The notes under the pieces are model-generated. The model did not search any database. It worked only from the letters and a program-made list of their open reading frames with translations, and was not told the origin of the DNA. Below are positions 21,259 to 30,788 of a DNA stretch of 64,000 nucleotides, piece by piece (positions within the stretch are counted from its first letter, which is position 1; each line of letters opens with the position of its first letter). The position numbers were made by a program, and so were the translations under genes. Source of the stretch: an uncultured Gammaproteobacteria bacterium (GTDB lineage: Bacteria > Patescibacteriota > Patescibacteriia > Magasanikbacterales > JBBTQS01); assembly GCA_965230935.1 (NCBI GenBank), contig OZ246400.1, positions 848,864 through 912,863 on the forward strand. The letters run 5' to 3'.

Positions 21259-22554
21259 ATGAAATCAACAATATTTATCGCTAAGATTAGCGAATATTTA
21301 GACCAGGACGTCACACTTTCTGGATGGATTAGTAATGTCCGATCGTCTGGGAAAATTATGTTTTTGCAACTGCGGGATGGTTCAGGGTTTATTCAAGCAA
21401 TCTTGAGTCAGCCTGATGTTGCCCCAGAGGTATGGGAGAAAGCGCAAACCATTACGCAAGAAAGTGCCGTAACACTCACCGGGACAGTCAGCAAGCACCC
21501 TAAAAAAGAAGCATACGAACTTCAGGTTTCTGATGTGCAAATCTTACAACTTGCTCACGAATATCCTATTGGTAACAAAGAGCACGGCGTCGATTTTTTG
21601 ATGGAAAATCGCCATTTGTGGTTACGTTCCAAAAAGCAGTGGGCAGTGCAGCGGGTTCGTAATACGGTAATCAATGCCATTTATGAATTTTTCAATCAAC
21701 AAGGATTCATTAAAATCGATTCACCGATTTTAACGCCAAATGCATGTGAGGGAACCACAACACTGTTTGAAGTTCCATACTTTGATCAGGGGAGTGCGTA
21801 TCTTTCCCAAAGTGGACAGTTATATCTTGAAGCGGCAATCATGGCACATAGTCGAGTGTTTGACTTTGGACCAGTGTTTCGTGCTGAGAAAAGCAAGACG
21901 CGTCGACATCTCACTGAGTTTTGGATGATGGATGCAGAGATGGCTTTTTGTGATTATGTACAGAACATGGATATTCAGGAGCAGTTGTTTAAACATATTG
22001 CAGCGCGCGTATTGCAAGACAATCAACAAGAGCTTGAAATTCTTGAGCGTGACCAATCCATTTTGCAGGCCATTGTAGAGCAGCCGTTTAAACGCATGGC
22101 TCACCGCGAAGCAGTTGAATATTTACAATCAAAAGGTTCGGATATTACGTATGATGATGATTTGGGAGGAGATGACGAGACCACACTTACTGCTGAGTTT
22201 GGTGTCCCGGTGTTTGTACATACGTGGCCAGCAAAGATCAAATCGTTTTATATGAAGCGAGCAGAGGATGAAACCTATGTTCTTGGAAGTGATTTGATTG
22301 CTACGGATGGGTACGGGGAGATTAGTGGAGGATCAGAGCGTGAAGAGAATTACGACGTATTATTAGGAAGAATTCACGAAGAAGGATTAGATCAAAAGGA
22401 TTTTGAATGGTACCTGGATCTGCGTAAGTATGGTTCAGTTCCGCATAGTGGTTTTGGTCTCGGGCTTGAGCGTACCGTCGCGTGGATGTGTGGGGTCAAG
22501 CATGTTCGTGAGACCATTCCATTTCCACGGACTATTATGCGGTTGCGTCCGTAA
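21259..22554 (+). CDS. asnS: Asparaginyl-tRNA synthetase
   Basis: Class II motifs; FRAEKSKTRRHLTEFWMMDAEMAF is AsnRS-type. Confidence 0.88.
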   Translation: MKSTIFIAKISEYLDQDVTLSGWISNVRSSGKIMFLQLRDGSGFIQAILSQPDVAPEVWEKAQTITQESAVTLTGTVSKHPKKEAYELQVSDVQILQLAHEYPIGNKEHGVDFLMENRHLWLRSKKQWAVQRVRNTVINAIYEFFNQQGFIKIDSPILTPNACEGTTTLFEVPYFDQGSAYLSQSGQLYLEAAIMAHSRVFDFGPVFRAEKSKTRRHLTEFWMMDAEMAFCDYVQNMDIQEQLFKHIAARVLQDNQQELEILERDQSILQAIVEQPFKRMAHREAVEYLQSKGSDITYDDDLGGDDETTLTAEFGVPVFVHTWPAKIKSFYMKRAEDETYVLGSDLIATDGYGEISGGSEREENYDVLLGRIHEEGLDQKDFEWYLDLRKYGSVPHSGFGLGLERTVAWMCGVKHVRETIPFPRTIMRLRP

Positions 22555-22577
22555 TGATATTTGGAGATGTCGCCGAT

Positions 22578-22613
22578 AATACAAAATACCCCTGCGAGGG
22601 GGTATTTTGTATT
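22578..22613. terminator. Bidirectional intrinsic terminator between convergent asnS and the membrane-protein gene
   Basis: Perfect palindrome aatacaaaatacccc-tgcgag-ggggtattttgtatt. Confidence 0.7.
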
Positions 22614-22634
22614 GCAATGAACCAAAAAAGCAGC

Positions 22635-22979
22635 TTATTTTTTGCTGCCCATAAATCCTCCGACCAAGAAAATGATTGCAACTACGATATGGAGGATGGT
22701 GTCATGGGTGTTTACGTTCAACCAGCTATTAAACGCGTCCCATCCCAGGAGGCCAAATAATGCGACCAGCAGATAGATGATACCGAAAAGCTTGAGAAAG
22801 CCTTGTGCTGATGCCTCGCCCTTCATCCCAAAGCCAAGAGCCAAAAGACCGGTAGCTAAGTGGATGATGTTGTGCCACATATTCACACCAAATCCAAGGA
22901 GTTCATCTTCAACAAAGAAGCCGGCAAGCCCCACAATAATGAAGATCACACCAAAGAGTACTGCGATATTTTTTGCCAT
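22635..22979 (-). CDS. Small membrane protein (DUF4383-like, 114 aa)
   Basis: ATG at 22979 with a strong GGGGGTG RBS. MAKNIAVLFGVIFIIVGLAGFF N-terminus; four transmembrane segments. Confidence 0.55.
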   Translation of the reverse strand: MAKNIAVLFGVIFIIVGLAGFFVEDELLGFGVNMWHNIIHLATGLLALGFGMKGEASAQGFLKLFGIIYLLVALFGLLGWDAFNSWLNVNTHDTILHIVVAIIFLVGGFMGSKK

Positions 22980-23128
22980 GTAAATCACCCCCTTTCTGTT
23001 TGGAAGATAGTGTATTCTATGCAAATAGTATACCGAAAATATGTAAAAATGAGTACACATAACCAACTTTACGTCAAGGGAAAGAGTCGGTATACTGGCA
23101 GTACATAATTTCGTTAATTTAGACAGAT

Positions 23129-24538
23129 ATGGCACGTACACTTGCCACAGAGGCCGTTGCACAGGAGGGGAAAGAGATAACAATTAAAGGTTGGGTACAC
23201 GCGCGACGCAATATGGGAAAGATCGTATTTTTAGATATGCGTGATCGTAGTGCTACTGTGCAGGTGGTATGTGTTCCAGCAGAGCTTGACGAAAGCTCAG
23301 CTGAGCGTCTTAATGGAATCCGCCCAGAGTTTGTGCTTGAGATTGTTGGCGTTGTGCAAAAGCGAGGAGAAAAGCAAATAAATCCTGATATGCCAACCGG
23401 AACGATTGAGATTTTGGCAAAATCTTTGACCGTACTTAATGAATCCAAAACACCGCCGTTTGAACTTGATCGTGATACTGCTGGAGTCAGTGAGGAGGTG
23501 CGGATGAAGTATCGATACTTGGATTTACGTACTGAGCGTGTTGCACGCAACATGAAGTTGCGTAGTGAATTTGTGCGTTTGTGTCGCGAATTTTTGCATG
23601 CAAATGATTTTGTAGATATTGAAACACCGCTTCTTACCAAATCTACTCCAGAAGGTTCGCGAGATTTTGTTGTGCCTTCACGGTTACAACCAGGAAAGTT
23701 TTACGCATTACCGCAAAGTCCACAACAATACAAACAGTTATTGATGGTTGCTGGGTTTGAGCGGTACTTTCAATTCTCTCGCGCCATGCGTGACGAGGAT
23801 CCGCGGGCTGATCGAGGTTTTGAACACACTCAGATTGATATTGAGATGAGCTTTGTACAGCGTGATGATGTGATGCAAATGACTGAAGATATGGTTACCC
23901 AAACCGTTGAAAAACTTGGGTATGTGGTTAAAGAAAAACCATGGCCTCGCTTTACCTATGCCCAAGCTATGGAGCAGTTTGGTGCAGACAAATTTGATTT
24001 GCGTACTGAAGAAGAGAAACAGCAGGGGAATGTTCTTGCCTATGCGTGGGTGGTTAATTTTCCGTTTTTTGAAAAGGATGACAAAAGTGGTAACTGGACA
24101 TTTACCCACAATCCATTTTCTCAGCCATTGGCAGAACATCTTGAAGATCATCTTGCTGGCAAGAATACAGCTGATATTCTCACATCACAATACGACATGG
24201 TGTGTAATGGGAGTGAATCTGGCGGGGGCAGTATCCGTGCACATGATCCAGAAGTGCTGCGAGCGACCTATCGCACTATGGGCTACACCGATGAGCAAAT
24301 TGAAGAATCAGTTGGCCACATGCTTGAGGCGTTTTCATATGGTGCACCACCACATGGTGGCATCGCTCTTGGTGTGGATCGCAACATTATGAACTTGACC
24401 GGTGAGGAGTACATTCGTGAAGTTCAGGCATTTCCTATGACCGGCTCGGGGAATACTGCAGCGATGGATGCCCCATCAATACTACCCGCTGATGTGTTGG
24501 CTGAGTACGATTTATACCACAAACCAAAATCGTCCTAA
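23129..24538 (+). CDS. aspS: Aspartyl-tRNA synthetase, bacterial-type motif 2 but lacking the GAD insertion (469 aa)
   Basis: RAMRDEDPRADRGFEHTQIDIEMSF; the region after DKFDLR shows no GAD domain. Confidence 0.88.
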   Translation: MARTLATEAVAQEGKEITIKGWVHARRNMGKIVFLDMRDRSATVQVVCVPAELDESSAERLNGIRPEFVLEIVGVVQKRGEKQINPDMPTGTIEILAKSLTVLNESKTPPFELDRDTAGVSEEVRMKYRYLDLRTERVARNMKLRSEFVRLCREFLHANDFVDIETPLLTKSTPEGSRDFVVPSRLQPGKFYALPQSPQQYKQLLMVAGFERYFQFSRAMRDEDPRADRGFEHTQIDIEMSFVQRDDVMQMTEDMVTQTVEKLGYVVKEKPWPRFTYAQAMEQFGADKFDLRTEEEKQQGNVLAYAWVVNFPFFEKDDKSGNWTFTHNPFSQPLAEHLEDHLAGKNTADILTSQYDMVCNGSESGGGSIRAHDPEVLRATYRTMGYTDEQIEESVGHMLEAFSYGAPPHGGIALGVDRNIMNLTGEEYIREVQAFPMTGSGNTAAMDAPSILPADVLAEYDLYHKPKSS

Positions 24539-24541
24539 CCT

Positions 24542-25243
24542 ATGCCCGGATTTGTTGTTGCGCATGAGACATTTACCGGACCACTTGATTTGTTGTTGCA
24601 TTTAATCTCGCGCGACGAAATGGAAATCACCAACGTATCGCTTCGGTCGGTCACCGATGATTTTTTATCCTACCTTGATGATCATGAGCACATGCCAGAG
24701 TATGAGCTTGCTGATTTCTTAGTGATCGCCTCACGATTGTTGTATCTTAAGTCGCGAGCGATCTTACCGGCAGTGTTCGCTCCTGAGGAGGAGCAGGAGA
24801 TTGATTTGGCAACACAGCTGAAGATGTACAAGGCATTTGTTCAGGCAAGTGAAAAAATCCAGGAGCAGATTAGTAAACAACAATTTAGTTTTGGCCGCGA
24901 TCAAATTGTGGTTGAACATGAGCAAGGATTTTATCCACCAGAACAAGTGCATACAGCAGATCTTCAAGGCGCATTCACTCGGGTAGTGGAACGTCTAAAA
25001 CCATTTTTTAGTTTCCCAGAAGAAACCTTACAGCGGATTACCTCAATTAAAGAAACCATTACCTCGATTCGACGGTTTTTTACTTCGCGCAAGCAGAGTA
25101 CGTTTCGTGAGGTGGTACGTGGGGCACAGACAAAGAGCGAAGTCGTTATGCATTTCCTTGCCTTGCTTGAATTAGTAAAGCAGCATGAGCTATCAGTGGC
25201 GCAATCAGGAACGTTTGATGACATTGAGTTACGACGTATCTAA
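24542..25243 (+). CDS. scpA: Segregation and condensation protein A
   Basis: FTGPLDLLLHLI motif. Confidence 0.88.
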   Translation: MPGFVVAHETFTGPLDLLLHLISRDEMEITNVSLRSVTDDFLSYLDDHEHMPEYELADFLVIASRLLYLKSRAILPAVFAPEEEQEIDLATQLKMYKAFVQASEKIQEQISKQQFSFGRDQIVVEHEQGFYPPEQVHTADLQGAFTRVVERLKPFFSFPEETLQRITSIKETITSIRRFFTSRKQSTFREVVRGAQTKSEVVMHFLALLELVKQHELSVAQSGTFDDIELRRI

Positions 25244-25272
25244 GTTTGAATAAATTACGGTATACTAGTGGT

Positions 25273-25824
25273 ATGGCAACAGTAGCACAACTTGAATCCA
25301 TTTTGTTTGTAAGTAGTGGCCCGCTTTCGCGTGCGAAACTTGCAAAGCTTTTGGCTATTCGTACATCAGAAGTTGGGGAGCTGGTTGACATGCTGAAAGC
25401 AAAATGGCAACAAACGGAATCAGGTATTGTGCTTCTTGAAAATGGTGAGCATGTTCAGTTGATGTCTCATCCTGATAATAGTGAGTTGGTCGCTCAGTTT
25501 TTGAAAGATGAGACAACCGGAGAACTCACCCGTCCATCGCTAGAAACACTTGCGATCATTGCGTACCGTCAACCAATTACCAAACCAGAGCTGGAGCAGA
25601 TTCGTGGAGTCAACTGTAGTTTGATCTTGCGTAATTTATTAATGCGCGGGTTAATCATCGAACAGGAAGATGCAAAGCGCATGCAGTCCGTGTATGCGAT
25701 TACCATGGATTTTTTACGTCTCCTTGGTATTAACTCAGTCAAAGAATTGCCTGACTTTGCAGATTTGCATAACCATCAATATATTACTGATGTGTTGGCA
25801 CAAATTTCAGAGAATCCGTCATGA
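25273..25824 (+). CDS. scpB: Segregation and condensation protein B
   Basis: LESILFVSSGPLS motif; ATG at 25273. Confidence 0.88.
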   Translation: MATVAQLESILFVSSGPLSRAKLAKLLAIRTSEVGELVDMLKAKWQQTESGIVLLENGEHVQLMSHPDNSELVAQFLKDETTGELTRPSLETLAIIAYRQPITKPELEQIRGVNCSLILRNLLMRGLIIEQEDAKRMQSVYAITMDFLRLLGINSVKELPDFADLHNHQYITDVLAQISENPS

Positions 25825-26807
25825 TTATTTTGATTATTCTCATTATTGTCGTTATTGGATTTGCTGCTGGGCCAGTGGATAGTTTTCGTTCTCCAGATGA
25901 TCAGTATAATCCGGCAATCCATTTACAATTATCTCAAGGGCAGCGCCAGCGCGGCACCGAAGGTGGTGACATTAGTCCTGATCGATTTTTAATTTCTCGT
26001 GAACGGTATTTACCACCCCAACGTATTGAGAATCGTGAATTTTCGACACCACTTTCTGCTCAGAGCGCTGTGGTAGTTGATTTGGCCAGCAACGAAATTT
26101 TGTTTGCAAAAAACATTGATGCGCAACGTGCAATTGCAAGTATTACAAAACTCATGAGCGCCATGGTGGTGATTGACACCAGTCCAGACTGGGATGCGCT
26201 TGTAACAATTACCCAAGATGATATGCGTCTTGGACGTGAATATGTTTCAGCAGGAGAACAACTAAGTGTGCGACAACTCTTTTTTGCCTCACTTGTTGGT
26301 TCATCAAACACAGCAACTGTTGCTTTGGCGCGCAGCACTGGTTTACCAGATAAAGAATTTGCTGCCCGGATGAACCAAAAGGCAAAAGTCATGGGGCTGG
26401 TTCAAACCACATTTGTTGAGCCGACAGGTCTTGACGCGCAAAATGTCTCAAGTGCTCGTGAGCTTGCGGTATTATTACGGTACGCGCTGGGGTATCAAGA
26501 TATTGCCTATGCAACCACCCAGCAGAGTTATCGGTTTGCCAATCGAACGGTGTATCAAACAAATTGGTTACTCACCGGACAAGTCACCCGGTTGAGTTCG
26601 GCCAAGTTAATTGGTGGCAAGACGGGGTACATTGATAGTGCTGGATACAATTTTGCAACGCAATATCAACAGAACAATCACATAATCGCCGTGATTGTAT
26701 TAGGGGCTGATGATCATTTTGCTCGTTTTACTGAAGCTGATATGTTAGCGGCCTGGAGTTATGATACCTATGCGTGGATAGGTGACCCTGCGTATGAATA
26801 TCGTTAA
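25821..26807 (+). CDS. D-alanyl-D-alanine carboxypeptidase (S11 peptidase, DacA-like), N-terminal TM anchor
   Basis: SxxK active-site motif ASITKLM. Confidence 0.8.
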   Translation: MIILIILIIVVIGFAAGPVDSFRSPDDQYNPAIHLQLSQGQRQRGTEGGDISPDRFLISRERYLPPQRIENREFSTPLSAQSAVVVDLASNEILFAKNIDAQRAIASITKLMSAMVVIDTSPDWDALVTITQDDMRLGREYVSAGEQLSVRQLFFASLVGSSNTATVALARSTGLPDKEFAARMNQKAKVMGLVQTTFVEPTGLDAQNVSSARELAVLLRYALGYQDIAYATTQQSYRFANRTVYQTNWLLTGQVTRLSSAKLIGGKTGYIDSAGYNFATQYQQNNHIIAVIVLGADDHFARFTEADMLAAWSYDTYAWIGDPAYEYR

Positions 26808-27297
26808 TACCCTTATGCAATTTCTTGGTGGACTGCCGCATGAAGTGGCAGTAATGATTATTGCCATGACGCCAATTGGTGAGTTGCGTGCAAGTATTCC
26901 CATTGCGCTTACGGTATATGATATGTCAGTAGTGGCAGCTGTTGGTTATAGTATTCTTGGGAATATCGTTCCCGCACTCTTGATCTATTGGCTCATTGCC
27001 CCGATTAGTGCTTGGTTGTCAAAAATAAACAAAACGTGTAATCGATTTTTTACTTGGTTGTTTTCCCGAACGCGCAAAAAATTTAGCGCACGAAAATACG
27101 CAGGGTATGAGTTGATTGCTTTAATACTCTTTATTGGTATCCCATTGCCGATGACGGGTGCGTGGACCGGCGCAGTTGCCGCATGGTTGTTTGGTATGAA
27201 GCCGCAATATGCAATTCCTGGATTTGTAATTGGTCTTGTCCTTTCAGCGTCAATTGTTGTATCGGTCACATTTGGTGGAATCGCCGTGTTGCACTAA
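26794..27297 (+). CDS. Small multi-pass membrane protein (COG2426-like putative small export protein)
   Basis: Hydrophobic, 167 aa. Assignment is by weak pattern resemblance only. Confidence 0.4.
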   Translation: MNIVNTLMQFLGGLPHEVAVMIIAMTPIGELRASIPIALTVYDMSVVAAVGYSILGNIVPALLIYWLIAPISAWLSKINKTCNRFFTWLFSRTRKKFSARKYAGYELIALILFIGIPLPMTGAWTGAVAAWLFGMKPQYAIPGFVIGLVLSASIVVSVTFGGIAVLH

Positions 27298-27309
27298 AGA
27301 TGTAATTTC

Positions 27310-28317
27310 TTACGATCTCCACAATTCAATCGCTTTTTCCCACATTTCACGGCGATTGTGGTACTCTTTTAGCCAATACCACCATTCCCCGCCCCATAGA
27401 TAAATATCAGAAAATCCACTCGATCGAGCATACTGAATATTTTCATCAAAAATTTTAGGGTTCATGGTTTTATACATACTCTCAATCGTCTCGAGTGGAA
27501 ATGATTTTCCAGTCCATGGTTCGGCTTGCAGTTCAGAAAGGACAATGGTTTCAACACCCCGTTTATTTACTACATACTGACGCAAGGCATACATAGCAGG
27601 AGATACTGGATAGGTGATCTCCTCAACAATTGGTTTCCAAATTACACGATACAAACTCACGCCGAGCACATCACCCAATTGTCCAGTACCGGTCCAATCC
27701 CCAAACTCACCGCTTGCCGTGACCATAATTGGACGATCATCCAAGCTGCGCACCAAAGCAATTTCTTGTTTTAAGAATTCAAGATCAGGTGCAGGACATT
27801 CGCCAAAAAATGGAAGCAGTGGTTCGTTTTCTACTTGCCAATGCGTGATCACTGGTTCATTTTTGTAATGCGCTATTACTGCGGACAACATATTGAGCAC
27901 TTCTTGTTGTTGTTCTGGTTCTGAAAGTGACTGTGCCCACTGTGGAACATGGCACTCCGGCCAACGAGGTAAGCGTCGACCAATACCCAAGGTAACGGTT
28001 CCGCCTCGTTTTTTCACTTGGTCAATTTGCCAATCGAGATCTTCAAAGTGAAATTCGTTGTTTGGCCACTCAAGGTCATTCCAATAGGCGGAAAGACGAA
28101 AATGACGAATCCCAACCTCATCAAGTAATGCAATAAAGTTCGCTTTCCAATCAAGACCAAGGTGTTGTGCATGACCTTTGCTAAAGGTCATGCCATATCG
28201 CGGCGGCTCTTCAGGAGTGTAATCCAGTGAAAAAGAATACCCATAGATAACACCAATGAGCAGCAGTAGCAGGATAAACCATTTCACATGGTGATGGTTT
28301 GGTTTACGCAAAATCAT
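27310..28317 (-). CDS. Membrane-anchored GH-A clan glycoside hydrolase (GH5/GH42-like)
   Basis: N-terminal TM segment; HWQVENEP catalytic-acid motif typical of clan GH-A. Confidence 0.6.
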   Translation of the reverse strand: MILRKPNHHHVKWFILLLLLIGVIYGYSFSLDYTPEEPPRYGMTFSKGHAQHLGLDWKANFIALLDEVGIRHFRLSAYWNDLEWPNNEFHFEDLDWQIDQVKKRGGTVTLGIGRRLPRWPECHVPQWAQSLSEPEQQQEVLNMLSAVIAHYKNEPVITHWQVENEPLLPFFGECPAPDLEFLKQEIALVRSLDDRPIMVTASGEFGDWTGTGQLGDVLGVSLYRVIWKPIVEEITYPVSPAMYALRQYVVNKRGVETIVLSELQAEPWTGKSFPLETIESMYKTMNPKIFDENIQYARSSGFSDIYLWGGEWWYWLKEYHNRREMWEKAIELWRS

Positions 28318-29630
28318 ACTTCAGGTTCCTCGCGGGCCTCATGACCAATGAACCGTAGCAAATCATGATCAATCGCATTATCTTTGCAAATACGTTGGTA
28401 CACCTTTGCGCTATTACGAACCGTACGTTTTTGTGTTTGGTAGTCTACGCCAATCAAACCAAATCGCGGTTCGAAACCTTTGTTCCATTCGAAGTTATCA
28501 AGTAATGACCAGTAACAATATCCGCGTACGTCAGCGTTTGCTTGAATTGCGTGATACACTTCTTTGACATGTGCGACAATAAATCGACTGCGTCGATGAT
28601 CATTCATGGCAGCCAACCCATTCTCAGTAATATAAATCGGCAAGTCATATTGCTTCATGTTCATGATGGTTTGAAACAAGCCGGTCGGGTACAATTCCCA
28701 ACCAAGATCAGAACCTTCTCGATGTTCTTCTCGCGCGTCTACAGTTTCAATGGTAAAGAATCCACTTTTACGAATACGAGTATGAAAATAATAATTGATG
28801 CCGATAAAATCATGTGTTCCTTTTGAGCGACGTAAAAAATAGTGGTTCCATACATAATTGAGCAGTTTCATTTTGAGAAAGTGTTCGAATTTCCAAAATC
28901 GATAGGACTCAAGAGAAAATGTGTTTTTGGCAATGCCGACTTGTGCGTTTTTTTGTGCGCAGTGAATAATGCGATAGGCACGTTTGTGTGCTTTGACCAT
29001 ATGTCGCAGTACACGCCAGTAGGAGAATGCCGATTTGCGTTGCGGTGGCCAGGTTCCGCGTAGAAAACTATTACTGGTATAGACGTTTGGCTCGTTGATT
29101 GTTACCCAAAGATCAATTACTGATTTGTATTCTTTGACGACGCGCTGCACATACCGTGCAAAATAATATGGTGCATGACGGGATTCCCATCCACCACGCT
29201 GCACAAACCAGATTGGACTGGTAAAGTGATGGAGTGTCACCATGACGGTGAAGCCTTTCTTTTTGAGCGTGCGTAGCACATCATGATAATGGGCAATGGC
29301 TTTACGGTTGAATTTGCCCGGAGTTGGTTCAATACGACTCCATTCAATAGAAAGACGATGGATAGTGTGGCCAAGTTTTTTCGCAAGCGCAAAATCTTTT
29401 TTATAGCGGTGGTATTGGTCAGCTGCATCTCCTGAAATTGATCCATCCAGGATATTTCCTTCGTGTTGTTCCCATTGGGACCAGTCATTCTTATTTCCGC
29501 CTTCGACTTGATGCGCAGCTGTTGCTGCTCCCCACAAAAATCCTTTCGGAAAGCGTAAGGTATCGTGATCATGAATCTTGCACGTTGGGCAAGCTGTGGT
29601 CGCCTGATTATTGGTGTGCCTCCTTTTCAT
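28314..29630 (-). CDS. GH1 family beta-glucosidase/beta-galactosidase
   Basis: FLWGAATAAHQVEG, TINEP and ITENG signatures. Confidence 0.9.
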   Translation of the reverse strand: MKRRHTNNQATTACPTCKIHDHDTLRFPKGFLWGAATAAHQVEGGNKNDWSQWEQHEGNILDGSISGDAADQYHRYKKDFALAKKLGHTIHRLSIEWSRIEPTPGKFNRKAIAHYHDVLRTLKKKGFTVMVTLHHFTSPIWFVQRGGWESRHAPYYFARYVQRVVKEYKSVIDLWVTINEPNVYTSNSFLRGTWPPQRKSAFSYWRVLRHMVKAHKRAYRIIHCAQKNAQVGIAKNTFSLESYRFWKFEHFLKMKLLNYVWNHYFLRRSKGTHDFIGINYYFHTRIRKSGFFTIETVDAREEHREGSDLGWELYPTGLFQTIMNMKQYDLPIYITENGLAAMNDHRRSRFIVAHVKEVYHAIQANADVRGYCYWSLLDNFEWNKGFEPRFGLIGVDYQTQKRTVRNSAKVYQRICKDNAIDHDLLRFIGHEAREEPEV

Positions 29631-29634
29631 AGCA

Positions 29635-30549
29635 TTATACGCCGATAAAGATCAGCCCAGTAATAATGAGTGCAACTGCCAGTGAAGTAGTGAGTAAATT
29701 TTTTCCAAGAAGTTTTTCGCCAATAATCTTTGGGTATTTTTTCCCAAATACCACAACGATTCCAATGAGGAATACATATTGCACCCCTTGGAGTGCGTTA
29801 ACTACTGTCGCATTGGTAAGTGAGATAGCATACAACAACATTACCAATGCAACTGCGCCAAATAACTTGTTGCTCAGGACAAGCCATTCAAGTTTGCTTC
29901 GTCTTTTCTTTGAGGCCAAATGAATATCTTTACGGATTTGTGGGGAGAGGAGTAAGAGTAACGCAACCATGGCTGAGCCAATTCTTGACCAGATCAGCCC
30001 ATTAACAAAACTTACTTCAGTAAAGAGGAGTTTGGTGGTGGCAAAGGAAATTCCAAATAACGCACTCGCGATAACCATGTTTCGAATAGTTTTCACCGAT
30101 AGCTTTTTTGTTGTTGAATCTTCAGTATTAAAACCAATAATAAACGAACCGCTTACGAGCAGTAGAATTGCATATGGTGCGTACATAACATCTTCAGGAA
30201 GTCCTGGGATTCCAATCACATACGATGTAACTAAGGTAAACAATGGAACCAGACCTCCTACGAATGGCGCAACATGCGCTGCTTGGGATTGCTTAAGTGA
30301 TTTAAAGAAAAAGAGCGAGGCAAAAGTGAATGCGCTTCCTGCGATAAAAGCAATACCGTATTGACTCACGCGTTCGAGTGATGAAAAGCCAAATGGTGCA
30401 AAAACAAATGCCGCAAGGCTCAGGACACTGATGTAAAAGGTGTACGCATACTCACTTTTCATTGCCTTTGATACCACAAAACGGTCGGCAATAAATACTG
30501 CTGCATAGATGAAATGGGCGACTAAAACAATAATTAACCAAAGTGGCAT
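29635..30549 (-). CDS. EamA/DMT superfamily transporter (10 TMS)
   Basis: Two-repeat hydrophobic architecture. Start set at MPLWLIIVLV. Confidence 0.65.
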   Translation of the reverse strand: MPLWLIIVLVAHFIYAAVFIADRFVVSKAMKSEYAYTFYISVLSLAAFVFAPFGFSSLERVSQYGIAFIAGSAFTFASLFFFKSLKQSQAAHVAPFVGGLVPLFTLVTSYVIGIPGLPEDVMYAPYAILLLVSGSFIIGFNTEDSTTKKLSVKTIRNMVIASALFGISFATTKLLFTEVSFVNGLIWSRIGSAMVALLLLLSPQIRKDIHLASKKRRSKLEWLVLSNKLFGAVALVMLLYAISLTNATVVNALQGVQYVFLIGIVVVFGKKYPKIIGEKLLGKNLLTTSLAVALIITGLIFIGV

Positions 30550-30598
30550 ATGAAAAAATACGTACGAAAAATCGCACGTACAGTATACCATATCAAGG

Positions 30599-30672
30599 TA
30601 CCAGGGGCGGGGATTGAACCCGCGACCTTAGCGTTATGAGTGCTACGCTCTAACCAACTGAGCTACCCTGGT
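30599..30672 (-). tRNA. tRNA with CAT anticodon (elongator Met or Ile2/lysidine type)
   Basis: I folded the cloverleaf by hand: 7-bp acceptor stem ACCAGGG/CCCTGGT, D-arm GCTC-AGTTGGTTA-GAGC, anticodon loop CTCATAA, T-arm GCGGG-TTCAATC-CCCGC. Confidence 0.85.
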
Positions 30673-30716
30673 GGAGTGAGAAAACAAAAATGCTTGCATT
30701 TTTATTTTTGAACGAA

Positions 30717-30752
30717 GTCAGGGTAGCGACGCAGTTGCTACCCTGGTGGAAG
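30717..30752. repeat. Hairpin (cagggtagc/gctaccctg) whose 3' arm plus flank duplicates the 14 nt gctaccctggtgga at the tRNA 5' end (30662-30675)
   Basis: An exact 14-nt direct repeat and a 9-bp inverted copy, read directly from the sequence. Confidence 0.5.
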
Positions 30753-30788
30753 GGTAGTAGTGCAAAGCGGCTATCTAGACCTCGCTTT

